Part shown: positions 22,450-34,507 of the stretch, one piece after another
Layout of the letters: the number at the start of each line of letters is the position of its first letter
Position numbering within the stretch: position 1 is the first letter of the stretch
From: an uncultured Phycisphaerales bacterium
GTDB taxonomy: Bacteria; Planctomycetota; Phycisphaerae; Tepidisphaerales; Tepidisphaeraceae
NCBI GenBank assembly: GCA_963755915.1
Contig: CAVWLP010000002.1
Location: 704,001 to 768,000 of the forward strand
Length of the DNA stretch: 64,000 bases
Reading direction: 5' to 3'
Made by a program: the position numbers and the translations under genes
Notes under the pieces: generated by a model
What the model was told of the DNA's origin: nothing
The model's input: the letters and a program-made list of their open reading frames with translations, nothing else
The model's database searches: none

Positions 22450-25400
22450 AGCGCCTTCTTCCGATCGTTGCCACTGCCGTCGTGCTGGGGCTGGGGTTTG
22501 CCGTCTATTTTCATTTCCAGCCGACGTATCGCGCATCGAATGCCAACGAGACGACGACCGACCAGTTTCCGGATTCGAACTCGCAGGGGACGGGCCTGCT
22601 CAGAGCCGGCAGCGGTGCGTGGGTGAAACAGTATGACCGGGAGGGGCAGCTTTATTACCAGTTCAAATCGGCCTACTACGATCCGCAGCCGGACGGGACG
22701 GTGAAGGTGACGTTGCCGCTGATCCAATTTTTTCTGAGCAACCACCAGGTGCTGCAGATCGAGGGAAACGACGGCGTGATTCGCTTTGCGCCGGGGGCGG
22801 ACAAAAGTATCGCGCCCAATTCGCCCGCGGATCCGCCGCGCAACGGAAATCTGCGGAACGTGAAGGTGAAGCTTTTTGCCTCAGCGGACCAGGTGAATTC
22901 CGGCGATCCGGACATGACGATGACGATGACGAATGCGGAGTTTGACAACGACACGTATCGCCTCTTCACGCAGGAATACACTGACGCAAATGGAAAGGTG
23001 ATTCACGCTGACGATGTGCCGGTGACGGTGCGGTCGCGGGATTATTCCTTCAGCGGGTCGGGGCTGGTGATGTACTGGAACGACGTGGACCACCGGCTGA
23101 AATCGCTGGAGATCGCCCGGGGGACGGATCTGACGATTACGAACGTGGGCGGAATTGCGGGGGATCGCCCTGCCGGGCCGGCGCCGAGCGAGGAGCCGAA
23201 TGCGGGGCTCGCGCCCAGGCGGCGGTGACGACCCCCCCACCGACGACATCGGCCTCGCCGCCGGAGGCTCCGGCGCGATATACCGCGTCGTTCTTCGACA
23301 ATGTTCGCGTGGTGGAGAGCCAGGACGCCATCAAAGCCGATCGGATGGACGTGGATTTTGTGGGCCGGGGGCAGGGGAGTGCGCCGACGGTTGCCGGATC
23401 TGCTGCAACGCCGCCGGCGACGCGGCCGGTTGCTGAATCGATCGCCGCTCCGTCGTCTCCGACCAGCCGGCCCGCGCCGGAAATCATTCACGTCTACTGG
23501 ACCGGGCGAATGCGGATGGTGCCGACCGATCTGGCGACGGCCCCCCCGCTGCCGGATGGGAAGGCGATCATCCATCTCACCGGCTCACCGGTCAGCGTCC
23601 ACCAGCTTGCGGCCGACGGGAAGCAATCGGTTGATGTTCGCTGCGACGACCTGCAATATCGCACGGCTGATTCGGGAGCGAGGCTGCAGGGCAATGTGGT
23701 CATGGAGCAAACCAATGCCCAAGGGGTCGTCTCAACCGTGATGGGAGAGGACCTCGATTTTTCGCATGCCACGCGTCTTGCGACGTTCACCGGCCCCGGA
23801 CAGACGCGATTTCCCGATCCGAGCGATCCGAAGAATATCCTCAAATCGCAGTGGTCGACCGGCGCAACCGTCCAGCTTTACGACACGGGCCGCGAGCAGA
23901 TGCAGATCAGCAGCGCCGATCTGGAGGGAGATGTGGATGTGAACGACGAGCCGAGATTTCGTCTGACCGCCCGGCGAAACGTGAGGCTGCAATTTGCCGG
24001 GGGTGATTCGGCGCAATCGAGCAGTTCCGGATCCCCCCCACTCACGCAGATTGCCGCCAACGGGAACGTCCGGTGCGTCGTCCACGAGGCGAATCAGAAA
24101 GACCGGCTGATCAGCGGCCAGCATCTTGAGCTTCTGCGCGATGCGGGACCGGATGGAAAGTTCTTCGCCAAAACGCTGCTCTGCGATGGGGACGTACACG
24201 CAGAGCAGGAGGATCAATCGCTGAGCTGCCAGAATCTGCGGGTGGACCTGTTTCCGACGACCCGAGCCAGCACGAGCAATGACGATCTCTCAAGCGAAGT
24301 GGCCCTCGACCGCCTGGTTGCGACGACGGACGTTAACGTAACCGGCAAGGATGGATCATCGGTGAGCGCGGATAATTTGGACGTACAAATGATCGACGAT
24401 CATCCCCACGTAAAGCTCCAGGGCTCGGCGGATGAGCCGGCGGTGGTGCGGAACAAGACTTCGCGAATGACGGGCAACGTGATCGAGCTTTCGCCGCACG
24501 ATCAGACGGCGTCGGTGGATGGGCCGGGGACGTTCGACGGGACGGAGCAGCCGACCGATCCCAAACAGACGCCGCGCCCGCTGAAGCTGACGTGGGAGAA
24601 TGGAGCATCGCTGGACGGCAATGCGAATCATGTCGAAATTCTTGGGGGCGTGAGCGCGATCACGCAGGAGGCGGACGGCACCGAGGATTCGGCGAACTGC
24701 GACCGCATTGTCGGCACGCTGGTGGACGTGGCCCCGAGCACCCAGCCGGCAACGCGGAAATCCGACAGCGACGCGCTGGCGGCGGGATCTGATTTCATGC
24801 GGAATAAGCAGCTTAAGCTGCTGTCGCTTCAGACGGATCAGGGCTCTACCAAAAAGCGATCGGAAGTGCGGTCGTATCTGGCGGACTCAGGGGGAAACCT
24901 GCTGCACCAGTTCGATCTGCTGGCGCAGACGATCGATTATGACGTCGCCACCCGGCGGCTGAGCGTGGCCGGGCCGGGGGATATTCTGGCGGTCGAGAAT
25001 TCATCCACGACCCGGCCGTCACAGGGCAATGCCTCGGTCATGGGAGGCCAGGGGAGCACGGCGATCGACTGGAAGAAGCGGTTTATCTACGACGACGCGA
25101 ATCATTCGGCCGTGATTGAGGGGGATATTACCGTCGTCCATCAGGACAACGCGAAATCGCAATCGCTGCGGCTGGACCGGGCGGATATCGTGCAGGCGGA
25201 ATTTGCCCCGGCGGTGGGGCAGCAGCCCAGCGCGTCGCCAAAACTTCAGCGCGTCACCGCCACCGGCCCGATCCTGATCCGAACGACCGACAAAACCGTC
25301 GATTGCGGCGAGTTGGATTTTGACGCGGTGGCGCAGGTGCTGACGTGTCTGGGCGGGGAGATCGGGAAGGTGACGGTCATCGACAACGCCAATCTCTCGC

Positions 25401-25483
25401 AGGTGGATTGCCAGCAGGCGGTGATCGACATCAAGACCGGGGAACTGGTCAAGATGACGAACGTCACCGCGCATGGGCAATAA
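22446..25483 (+). CDS. Large membrane-anchored beta-rich protein, LptC/LptA(OstA)-like; probably one gene split by an indel near 23215
   Basis: N-terminal TM helix, LptC-like segment (VKVTLPLIQFF, SFSGSGL), repeated OstA-like motifs (ARLQGNV, IAANGNV, CDGDVHA, AVIEGDI, VTATGPI); coupled to kdsD by an ATGA overlap. Confidence 0.6.
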
Positions 25484-25512
25484 GGGGCGATTGACGAAGT
25501 GCGGAGCGGCCG

Positions 25513-27583
25513 ATGGGTGACGTGGAAGTTGATCAGAAATTCCGGCTTGCCGCGAGCCATCATCTCGCTGGGCGGCTTGCGGAGGCGGAGCGCTCCTATC
25601 GCGAGGTTTTGGCCGCGGAACCAGATCATGCCGGGGCACTTCAATATCTGGGGGCGCTGTGCCTGAGGTTGGGGCGGGTGGATGAAGCGATTGAGCTCAT
25701 TCAGCGCTCGATTGAACTTAAGCCGGACGATATCGACGCCCATGGAAATCTAGGAAATGCGCTGCGGGCCAAGGGAGATTTCTCCGGAGCCGCTGATTCT
25801 TACGAGCGCGCGATCCAATTGAAGCCCGGCGAGGCGCAGATCTATTTCAATCTCGGAAACGTGCGCGTGGACCAGGGCCGGCTCGATCTGGCGATAGAAT
25901 CCTATCGCCGGGCCATCGAGCTTAAGAAGGATTTCGCGGGGGCTTTTTACAACCTTGGCAAAGCCCTGGCCGACCAGCGGCAGTGGGCAGAGGCCGCGGC
26001 GGCGTTTCAGGGGGCCATCGGCGCCCAGCCCAGGTTTCCCGAGGCCCATTTTAACCTTGGGCATTCCCTGCTTGAAGTACGGCAATTTGAAGAGGCGGCC
26101 AAGGCGCTGCGGACGGCGATTCAATTTGTGCCGCACAGCGCCGAGGCGCGAAATATGCTCGGCAATGCGCTGTCGCACATGGGGGACAGCGAAGGGGCCG
26201 AGCGGGAATTCCGGGAGGCGATCCGGCTTAAGCCGGATTACGACGTTACGTACAGCAACCTGGGGCGCACGCAGGCGGAAAATGGGGAGATGGACGATGC
26301 GCTGCAGAACTTCCGGCGGGCCGTTGAGCTTGCACCGAATAATCCGGTTATCCACAGCAACCTGGTTTACGGGCTCTATTTTCGCGCGGGCTCGACGGCG
26401 GCGGAAATTCTTTCCGAGCATCGCCAATGGGCGCAGCGTCATGCCCGGGCCTTTGTCTCGCAAATTCGCTCGCATGAGAACGACCGCGATCCGAATCGGC
26501 GGCTGCGAATCGGATATGTCTCGCCGGATATCTGGAACCATCCCGTGGGCCGGTTCATGATGCCCCTGCTGGCGGCGCACGATCATGGCCAGTTTGAAAT
26601 CTTTTGCTATTCGTCGGTGGTGAATCCTGATGCTTTTACCACCCGCGCAGGGATATACGGATGTCTGGCGCGACATCAAAACACTGTCCGACGAATCCGC
26701 GGCAGATGTGATCCGCGGCGACCGGATCGACATCCTGGTCGATCTCTCCTTGCACATGGCCGGCAATCGTATGCTTCTTTTCGCCCGGCGGCCGGCGCCC
26801 GTGCAGGTGACGTATCTGGCTTATCCCGGGACCTCCGGATTGGACGTGATGGACTACCGCATCAGCGATCCGTTTATTGACCCTCCCGGCAGCGACGACG
26901 GCCGGTACAGCGAGAAATCGATTCGGCTGCCGCATTGTTACTGGTGCTACGAAGCGCCCGAGGGATCGCCCGATGTTGCCCCCCTTCCGGCGGCGGGGTG
27001 TGGAAAAGTGATGTTTGGGTGCCTGAACAATTTCTCCAAGGTTTCGCCGGCCGCGCTGGAGACATGGGCGGCGATTCTTTCGGCGCTGCCGGGTTCGCGA
27101 TTGCTGCTCCATGCGCAGGTGGGGAGCCACCGCGATCGCGCCTGCAGATTCTTCGCGCAGCGCGGCGTGAGTTCCGATCGGCTCAGCTTCGTGCAAAGAG
27201 CGCCGTTTTTTGAATATTTGAAGACCTACGAGCGCATCGACATCGCCCTCGATCCGTTCCCCTATGTCGGCGGCACAACGTCGTGCGATGCGCTGTGGAT
27301 GGGCGCGCCGGTCGTGACGCTTGCCGGCGAACTCGCGACGGGCCGGGGCGGGGTAAGCATCATGAACAATATCGCTCACAGGGAATGGATCGCGGGTTCA
27401 GCGGACGGATACATCGATATCGCCACAGGTCTCGCGGCCGATTTGCCGCGCCTGGCGGAGATTCGTGCAAGCCTGCGCGATCAAATGCGGAATTCCCCGC
27501 TGATGGACGCGAAACGCTTCGCCACCGACATGGAAAATGCCTATCGGCAGATGTGGCAGGCGTGGAGCCGGGCGCAGCGGTGA
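25513..27583 (+). CDS. TPR-repeat O-GlcNAc transferase / SPINDLY family (GT41), frameshift near 26650
   Basis: About 8 TPRs, RLRIGYVSPD..HPVGRF, IDILVDLSLH, PAPVQVTYLAYPGTSG, FGCLNNFSK, LDPFPYVGGTTSCDALWMG. Confidence 0.9.
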
Positions 27584-28390
27584 TCAATACAATTCAAGTT
27601 CTCGCGTCGATTCGATGAGGCCAGCTTCCCGCGCCAGGCGATGGAACAATCGAACCGCCTCCAGCTCGCGGTCGCCGACCTCGAACTTCAGGTGCTCGCT
27701 GAGATATTTCATGGCCAGATCGGCGGGCCAGCCACGCGGAACGGCATCGCGGCGAATGATTGCGGGAAGATTGGCCATCCCCAATTCCCGCGCCTTGCGG
27801 AGACGGTCGGGAAGGTCGCCGAGTCTGATCCCCGCTCGTGTAATCCACACCGCGAAAACGAATGGCATTCCCGTGAGCTGCTTCCAGGCTTCGCCGAGAT
27901 CGAGTTGATGTGCCATGCCCGGCGGCTCGTCGCAGACAACTTTGTCGCCGATCAGAAGAACCGCTCCCGTCCCGGTTTTGCCAGTGTCAGTTAGTTGGGG
28001 CGAAAAATCGCGAAATTCCGGGCGGATTCCGTAGCGCCGCGCCAAGACGATTCTCGCCAGGGCGACCGACGTATGGCTCTCGCTGTCGCACGCCAGTTCC
28101 TGGATCTGCTCGATGGGTTTGCGGCTGAATATGCGGACGGTAAGGGTCGGCCCGTCGCATCCGATCCCCCCTGCCGGCACGATCCGGGCGTCGTAGAGCC
28201 GCTGATAGTCGATCACCGGCAGAAGGGCTACGTCGAACTCGCTGGACTGCAGCCCCGCCAGGAGCTTGGCGGGAACGGCCAGCTTGAGATCTATATCGCG
28301 GTCGCTCTCAAGCCCATAGATCAGCGGCTTTGCATTGAGATAGCTGACGCAGCCGACGCGCAGGCGGCGTACCGTGGACGGGGCACTCAT
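27584..28390 (-). CDS. mqnA: Chorismate dehydratase (futalosine pathway)
   Basis: VSYLNAKPL, SHTSVALARI, LLIGD, DLGEAW...TGMPFVFAVW. Confidence 0.88.
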   Translation of the reverse strand: MSAPSTVRRLRVGCVSYLNAKPLIYGLESDRDIDLKLAVPAKLLAGLQSSEFDVALLPVIDYQRLYDARIVPAGGIGCDGPTLTVRIFSRKPIEQIQELACDSESHTSVALARIVLARRYGIRPEFRDFSPQLTDTGKTGTGAVLLIGDKVVCDEPPGMAHQLDLGEAWKQLTGMPFVFAVWITRAGIRLGDLPDRLRKARELGMANLPAIIRRDAVPRGWPADLAMKYLSEHLKFEVGDRELEAVRLFHRLAREAGLIESTRELELY

Positions 28391-28437
28391 TGAGATCGTT
28401 TATATCGCAACGACCGCTAACCCGCACCAAAGGGGAA

Positions 28438-29601
28438 TCACTTGACCTCAACCCGGCCACGTGCCGGGTCTTCGACCCGCGTGGCTTGCTTGCGCCATCG
28501 CGTGGGGGTGAGCCCGGTCGACTGTTTGAACCGGCTGGTGAAGTGGCTCTGGTGCGCAAAACCACAAACCTTGGAGATTTCGGCCAGCTCCGTGGTGCGG
28601 CCGTGGAGCAGCCGCTTGGCATAATAAATCTGGCACTCCAGCAGGAAATGCTTGGGGGTAATTCCAAGCAATTCGGTAAACCGGCGATGGAAATGAAACG
28701 GGCTGAGATGGACAAATTTGGCGATTTCGCCCAAAGTCGGCCCGCGCCGGAAATGCTCGTTCATGAACTGGATCGCGGGCACCAGCCGGCTCAGCTCCGT
28801 GTCGGCGGCCACGTCAGCGGCCCGGAGGGAGATCCAATTGCAATAGGTGGGCAGCAGGCAATACATCACAATCGGCCCCGCTCCCAAGGCCGGATAGCTG
28901 CGGTAGACGACGGATCGGAATATCCAAAGCTGCCCGCGCGAATCGGGAATGCCGACGCGATCGGAGCTGGTCGGCCGGTTTCCGAGCCGCTGGAGCCGGT
29001 GCCGGGCGTCCTGGTGCAATTGATCGACGATGCGTTCGTCTAATTCAGAGATGGACTCAGCAAAAATCGGCTTAAGATTTGAATTGTAGATAAAAAGCCG
29101 GTTGGTGGTCCGCTGAATCCAGGGGGGAGCGCTGGAACAATCCCCGCTCTGAAGGCGGAGGGTCCGCGCGCTTTCGGCCTCGCGGCTCATCTGCCCAGCG
29201 GCGTCGAGGATGGCTTTGACGTCGGCCTCGGGAAACGCGCTGGTTTCGGCGGTCCCGTAAATGTGCAGGGTGCCGTCGTATCCAGGCAACAGCGGCGATT
29301 TGACGGGGGCGGCCACCATCGAGCGGGGCTTAGCGCCATTCAAAAATTCGCGGTAATACCGCGAAGCCTCGAAACCACCGGTCCACGCCTCTTCGCCGCG
29401 GACGGCGCGGTCCTCGATGATCGCGCGCCAGCTTGCCCAGTCCTCGGTATGGAAATCCGTGGTGTAGGGCTTAACCCAGTTCTCACCCAGGTGCGCGGGT
29501 TGAACGATCTGCAACCCCCCACGCGGCATTGTCGAGACGAGCCAGGCTTCTGAAAAACGAACGGTACGACTCAGAGCATCAAATATTTGTCTATATGACA
29601 C
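28438..29601 (-). CDS. AraC-family regulator with an N-terminal sensory (GAF-like) region
   Basis: LGEIAKFVHLSPFHFHRRF ... CGFAHQSHFTSRFKQSTGLTPTRWR. Confidence 0.88.
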   Translation of the reverse strand: MSYRQIFDALSRTVRFSEAWLVSTMPRGGLQIVQPAHLGENWVKPYTTDFHTEDWASWRAIIEDRAVRGEEAWTGGFEASRYYREFLNGAKPRSMVAAPVKSPLLPGYDGTLHIYGTAETSAFPEADVKAILDAAGQMSREAESARTLRLQSGDCSSAPPWIQRTTNRLFIYNSNLKPIFAESISELDERIVDQLHQDARHRLQRLGNRPTSSDRVGIPDSRGQLWIFRSVVYRSYPALGAGPIVMYCLLPTYCNWISLRAADVAADTELSRLVPAIQFMNEHFRRGPTLGEIAKFVHLSPFHFHRRFTELLGITPKHFLLECQIYYAKRLLHGRTTELAEISKVCGFAHQSHFTSRFKQSTGLTPTRWRKQATRVEDPARGRVEVK

Positions 29602-30157
29602 GATTCCTCACGGCAATAAAGAACTAAAACCTCTTTGCCATTCTAGTACGCATACATGACTAAAAGTCACTCACTGGCACCAAAATTGTCGACACCCTTA
29701 AAAAGGGGTATCGACTCTCCTCGTTTTTCTTACACTGACTTGCGCCAGCTTCAAGCCATGCCCTCTAAATAGGCAAGATTTAGAAATTGTGAATACGGCC
29801 TGCTTCTAAGATATACAGTACGATACAACGGTCGGTTCTGAGGTTTTGGGCAGGCTGAGCCGTTAAATGACTCTGTTCAGAAATGCGGCAACCTGTTGAT
29901 TGTCAACGGCATCCGACATGCGAAGCCCCTTACTGTTGACCCTCGGCAACACCCCTCATATTCCGAACCGCGTCAATTTGCCACAGAGGGCCTCCCCGAC
30001 CCCCTGGCGCGGGAATCAACCAAACTCCTGACCCTGGTATGGAGGTTGTACTATGGAAACCCACAACCGATATGTTCCGCCAAATCACCACATCGAGGTT
30101 TTGGGATAAGAAGATCCGGATCGGGATCCTTGTCCTCGCCACCTTCATCGCCATGTG

Positions 30158-30694
30158 CTAAACCGACCGGCCGCCCGGCTTGCTCGCCCCCTTAGCGGGC
30201 TGTGCCTTGGCCTCCGGACTCAATCCGAAGATGTGAAACTGATGTGAGATCGGCTCAAATCCGTGTTCCCGGCAAATCTCATCGCGCAACTTTCGTAGCT
30301 TATCGCTGTTAAACTCGATCACCTTCCCCGTTGTTACACAAATGAGATAGTCATACGCCTGCCGGCCGACGATCACATCGTAATACGATTGCTTATTATC
30401 GAAGAACACCTGCTTCAATATCCCCGCATCCTGCAAATGGGAGAGGGTGCGATAGACGGTGGCCCGGCTGACGCGATGGCCAAGCTGCCGGAGATCGACG
30501 GCAAGCTGCTCGGCCTCGAAAAGTGCGGTTTTTCGCAGGACGGCGTCGAGAATCATCGCCCGCTCGGGCGTGAATTTGAGCTTCTGTCCGCGCAGATATC
30601 TGCGGAAGATTGCACAGACCGGCTCATAGGGCAGCGCCTCGGGTTGCGCGGTAATTCGTGGGACATTCGACAGGATGTGCGGGCTGGATGACAT
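30158..30694 (-). CDS. Fur-family transcriptional regulator (atypical metal sites)
   Basis: KFTPERAMIL, VSRATVYRTL, LICVTTGKVIEF, HQFHIFG. Confidence 0.85.
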   Translation of the reverse strand: MSSSPHILSNVPRITAQPEALPYEPVCAIFRRYLRGQKLKFTPERAMILDAVLRKTALFEAEQLAVDLRQLGHRVSRATVYRTLSHLQDAGILKQVFFDNKQSYYDVIVGRQAYDYLICVTTGKVIEFNSDKLRKLRDEICREHGFEPISHQFHIFGLSPEAKAQPAKGASKPGGRSV

Positions 30695-30792
30695 TCGCCG
30701 GATGAGTCTACGCCCGCGACGGCGCTTTGGCCATAAGCGATTTGCCCGCAGGTTTGCCCCCCGTCGTGCGCATCGCGACAATCGGCGCGGTC

Positions 30793-32178
30793 GTGCCAGA
30801 TCACTCGAATAGATCGCGGTTCAAAAGGTTCGCGCTTGGCCAATTCTCGCTGGGCAGCGCAATCCTCGTGCTTATGGTTGTCGCGGGGTTGAGCGGCATG
30901 GCCGTCTGGCGTGTCCCGCAGCCCCCGCGGGCCGACCTCGTCGTCTGGTCTTTCGACCAGCGAAACGTGGAAATCTTTCGGCGTCCACCGTCGCTGCCGG
31001 ATGCGTTTCGGCGGGATACTGGCCTGACTGCCGCGGTGAGCCTCATGGGCCAGATGGGTGAAAACGTGCGCCTCGCCTCCGCTTTCATGTCCGGCGCCAG
31101 CGGCTCGGCGGCGCCCGATCTATGCGAGATCGAAATCAATTCCATCGGCCAATTCCTGCGCCCCCGCCGCCGACGTCGGTCTGCTCCCGCTGAACGATTT
31201 TCTCGAACAGTCCGGCTGGGAACGCCGAATCGTCCCCAGCCGATTTGCGCCCTGGTCGAAATTCGAAAACGGAAAGCGGATCATTTTCGGCGTGCCGCTG
31301 GACGTGCATCCCGTCGCCATCGCGTTTCGCAAGGATCTCTTCGATGCCGCCGGCGTCGACCTCGCCGGTGCGAAGAGCTGGGCCGAATTCCAGCAAGACT
31401 GCATTGCCTTCCAGCGCTATTGGTCGGCCCACGGCTTTCCCAATCGCCGCGCCGTCGCGCTCTCCAGCGCGTCCGCGGAGCAGATTCTCGAGATGCTCTT
31501 GCAACGCCATGTGAATCTGATCGACCAGCAGGACCAATTGCATTTCGACGATACCCGGACTTTGGACACGCTCGTCTGCTACGCCCGGATGGTGGCCGGC
31601 CCGAACCGCGTCAGCGGCGAAGTTTCTCCGGGCGTTCAATGGACGGACGATCTCGCCTCCGGGCGCGTTTGCGCCGCGATGATCCCCGACTGGAAGGCCG
31701 ACGATCTCCGCCAATATGCCCCGGAGATTTGGACCCAAATCGCCATGATGCCCCTTCCGCGCTTTGAGCCGGACGATTCCCCCACCAGCACCGCCGGCGG
31801 GACGATGGTGGGCATTTGCCGAACCTGCACCAATCCCCAGGCTGCGTGGAAGCTGCTGGAATACTTGTATCTGGGAAACGAATCGCAGCAGGCGCGCCTC
31901 GCCGCCGGAGATTATGTTCTGCCCGCGATCCCGCAGTATTGGAACGACGCCGCCTATCGCCACGATCTCATGGTATCGCTCGCGCCGCAGGTTCCGGAGC
32001 GCATCGTCACCCCCTTTACATTCGCCGCCGAGCTGGCGCTTTCGGAGGTCATGCACCGCGCGATCGAATTTGAGGCCGGGCACGCCGACGATTCCGGCCT
32101 GCGGAGCGCCTCGCCGACCGGCTCCACGAAGCGCAACAAGACATTCAGCGGCGAATCGAATTCGGGAACCTGCAATGA
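30793..32178 (+). CDS. Carbohydrate ABC transporter solute-binding protein (indels near 31165 and 32110; start uncertain)
   Basis: APDL, LLPLND, GVPLDVHP..FRKDLFDAAG, GGTMVGI, AAWKLLEYL; stop overlaps the permease ATG. Confidence 0.75.
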
Positions 32179-33077
32179 GCCGCGACCGCTGGTGGAAATT
32201 CCAGGCGCGGGCCGCACCCTATCTCTTCGTCTCGCCGTTCGTGGTCATCTTCTGCGTCTTCATGCTCTATCCGCTGGCGCACAGCCTGGACCTGAGCTTC
32301 CACAAAACCTTCGGCGCGGGGCACGCCATTTTCATCGGCGCCGGCAACTACCGCTTCCTTCTTGCCCACGACCTGCTCTTCTGGCTGGCCGTTCTGAACA
32401 CCACGGCTTACACGCTCGTCTTCCTCGCAATCGAAATCCCGCTCTCGCTCGGCCTGGCGATATTGCTTAACAGCCGCGAAGTCCGCCTGCGTAATCTTTT
32501 TCGCTTCGCGTTCTTCTCCAGCTACATCGTGGGACAGGTCTTCGTGGGGGTGATCTTCAATCAGCTCTTCGGCAACGAGGGCCTGGTGAACCGATGCATC
32601 GGCGCCGTCGTCGGCCATCGCGTTGAAATCGGCTGGCTGACCAGCGCCAACCTCGCGATGCCGACCGTCGTCATCGCCAGCCTCTGGCTGGGCACGGGTT
32701 TGGCGATGGTCTATTTTCTTGCTGCGCTTCAGGCGGTGGATCGCGATCTTTATGAAGCCGCCGAAATCGACGGGGCAGGCCGCTGGGGCAGGCTCGTCCA
32801 CGTCACGCTGCCGGGAATCCGGCCGGTGATGACGTATCTGATCCTCATCGGCGTGATCGGCGGCTTTCAGCTTTTCGAATTACCATTCGTCTTGCTCCAG
32901 GGCGCCGGCTCCGGTGGCCGGGGGCTGACCATCGTGATGTATCTGTTTCTCACAGGATTCGGCGGCGGAGATTTGGGATATGCCGCGGCGATCGGGTGGG
33001 TATTGGCTGTTATCCTCGTCCTTGTCACCATCGCGCGTGTGCCAGTTGGATTCCTGCGAAAGCCGAGGCGGGCATGA
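32175..33077 (+). CDS. Carbohydrate ABC transporter permease (MalF-like)
   Basis: EAA loop LYEAAEIDGAGRW and GYAAAIG. Confidence 0.9.
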   Translation: MSRDRWWKFQARAAPYLFVSPFVVIFCVFMLYPLAHSLDLSFHKTFGAGHAIFIGAGNYRFLLAHDLLFWLAVLNTTAYTLVFLAIEIPLSLGLAILLNSREVRLRNLFRFAFFSSYIVGQVFVGVIFNQLFGNEGLVNRCIGAVVGHRVEIGWLTSANLAMPTVVIASLWLGTGLAMVYFLAALQAVDRDLYEAAEIDGAGRWGRLVHVTLPGIRPVMTYLILIGVIGGFQLFELPFVLLQGAGSGGRGLTIVMYLFLTGFGGGDLGYAAAIGWVLAVILVLVTIARVPVGFLRKPRRA

Positions 33078-33171
33078 TCTGCCGCAATTCCCTTACCGCC
33101 TCCCCTGGTTCTTCTGATGGTGCGACATGTTTTTGCCCTGGGCGCACATTCGCGCACGATAAAAGGCTGAA

Positions 33172-33547
33172 TTCAAATGCAATGCAGGGAGGAGGCGAAA
33201 ACCCCACGAGATTAGTTGCATGGGCGCCCCAAGCGGTTTTCGCCTCCTCCCCGCACCCCTCCTCCACTTTCCGGCTTCCCCTAACCGTCCAATCCAAAAA
33301 AAGGCAAAAGACTGGGGCGTTTGTCGGGGCTGTCGCACTCGCTTTGCGAGCGATCGCGCATGCGCGCTACCCTGCACACGACTCAAAGAAGACGCGCAAC
33401 CCCGCGCAACTGCTTCGCTATTTTGCCTTTCGGCTTGGACGGTTAGGGGAAGCGGAAAGAGGGTGGAGGGGGTGCGGGGGAGGCGGGAGAAAAACCTTGG
33501 GGCCGTATGGGTTTGCTCCCGCCTCCCCTGCATTGCATTTGCATTTG
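33172..33547. repeat. ~375-bp multi-arm palindromic element, copy A
   Basis: Two ~135-bp related units in inverted orientation; each starts AAATGCAATGCAGGG and contains its own hairpin. Confidence 0.85.
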
Positions 33548-33672
33548 AGGAGATCGCTAAGTTGTATCCAGATTAGAAAAATACCGGGCCGTCGGCCACG
33601 TATTCCGAGAGTAGCCTTCGCGGAAGCCCTCCGGAACTTTTCGGCCCACCCGCGCTTGCCCTGGGGGCCCCG

Positions 33673-34491
33673 ATGATCCGCCGTACGGCAATCCATCTCG
33701 TGCTTATCCTCCTGGCTTTGGCGGCAATATTCCCATTTTTGTGGGTCCTCTGCGCCGCCTTCAAAACGCCGGCGGATCTCACCGCAAGCACGCTGCTCCC
33801 GTGGGGTCACCTGAATCACCTCACCCTCGACAACTTCCGCCGGCTTGGCGAATTTCCGCTCTGGCGGTGGGAAATCAATTCGATTTTTTTGGCGTCCACT
33901 CACACCGTTTTCGTCGTCACGCTTGGCAGCCTCGGCGGATTCACGCTTGCCAAATACGAGTTCGCCGGAAAAACATTTCTGACCGCCATCATGCTGGCCA
34001 CGCTCCTTCTTCCGCCGCAGGTTTTTCTGCCCGGCAGTTACGATCTGATGTATCGCTTCGGCTGGCTCGATTCGTACCTGGCGATCGTCGTCCCCGGCGC
34101 CGTCAGCGTCTTCGGCATTTTTCTCTTCCGGCAGGCCATGCTCGGCGTGCCTGACGACCTGGTCCACAGCGCCCGAATCGACGGCTGCAGCGAATTCCGC
34201 ATCTGGTGGGAAATCGCCCTGCCGATGGTTCGGCCCATGATCGGGGCATATACGTTGATGGCATTCCTCGCCGAGTGGAACAGTTTTCTCTGGCCGCAGG
34301 TCGTGCTGCAGAGGGAGGCGAAATACACTCTTACCATGGGCCTGAACAGCCTTTTGGGTTTGCCGGAATATCAGTTCAGCTACGGAATCGTGATGGCGGC
34401 GACCCTGATTGCCGTCGCTCCGGTGGCAATTTTATTTTTTGCATTGCAAGGGGAGTTTGTGTCCGGATTGGTCGAAGGGGCGGGGAAGTGA
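33673..34491 (+). CDS. Carbohydrate ABC transporter permease (MalG-like)
   Basis: PDDLVHSARIDGCSE, WNSFLWP, AATLIAVAP. Confidence 0.9.
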   Translation: MIRRTAIHLVLILLALAAIFPFLWVLCAAFKTPADLTASTLLPWGHLNHLTLDNFRRLGEFPLWRWEINSIFLASTHTVFVVTLGSLGGFTLAKYEFAGKTFLTAIMLATLLLPPQVFLPGSYDLMYRFGWLDSYLAIVVPGAVSVFGIFLFRQAMLGVPDDLVHSARIDGCSEFRIWWEIALPMVRPMIGAYTLMAFLAEWNSFLWPQVVLQREAKYTLTMGLNSLLGLPEYQFSYGIVMAATLIAVAPVAILFFALQGEFVSGLVEGAGK

Positions 34492-34507
34492 AAGCGAGCG
34501 TTCGCTG

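Noticed and set aside
29896-30195. Short ORFs in the AT-richer region between araC and fur
   Set aside because: No recognisable motif or RBS; more likely promoter or intergenic DNA.
32996-33676. ORFs spanning palindromic element A (and 43116-43859 across element B)
   Set aside because: They are translations of the repeat itself; the similar peptides in both places reflect DNA repeat identity.
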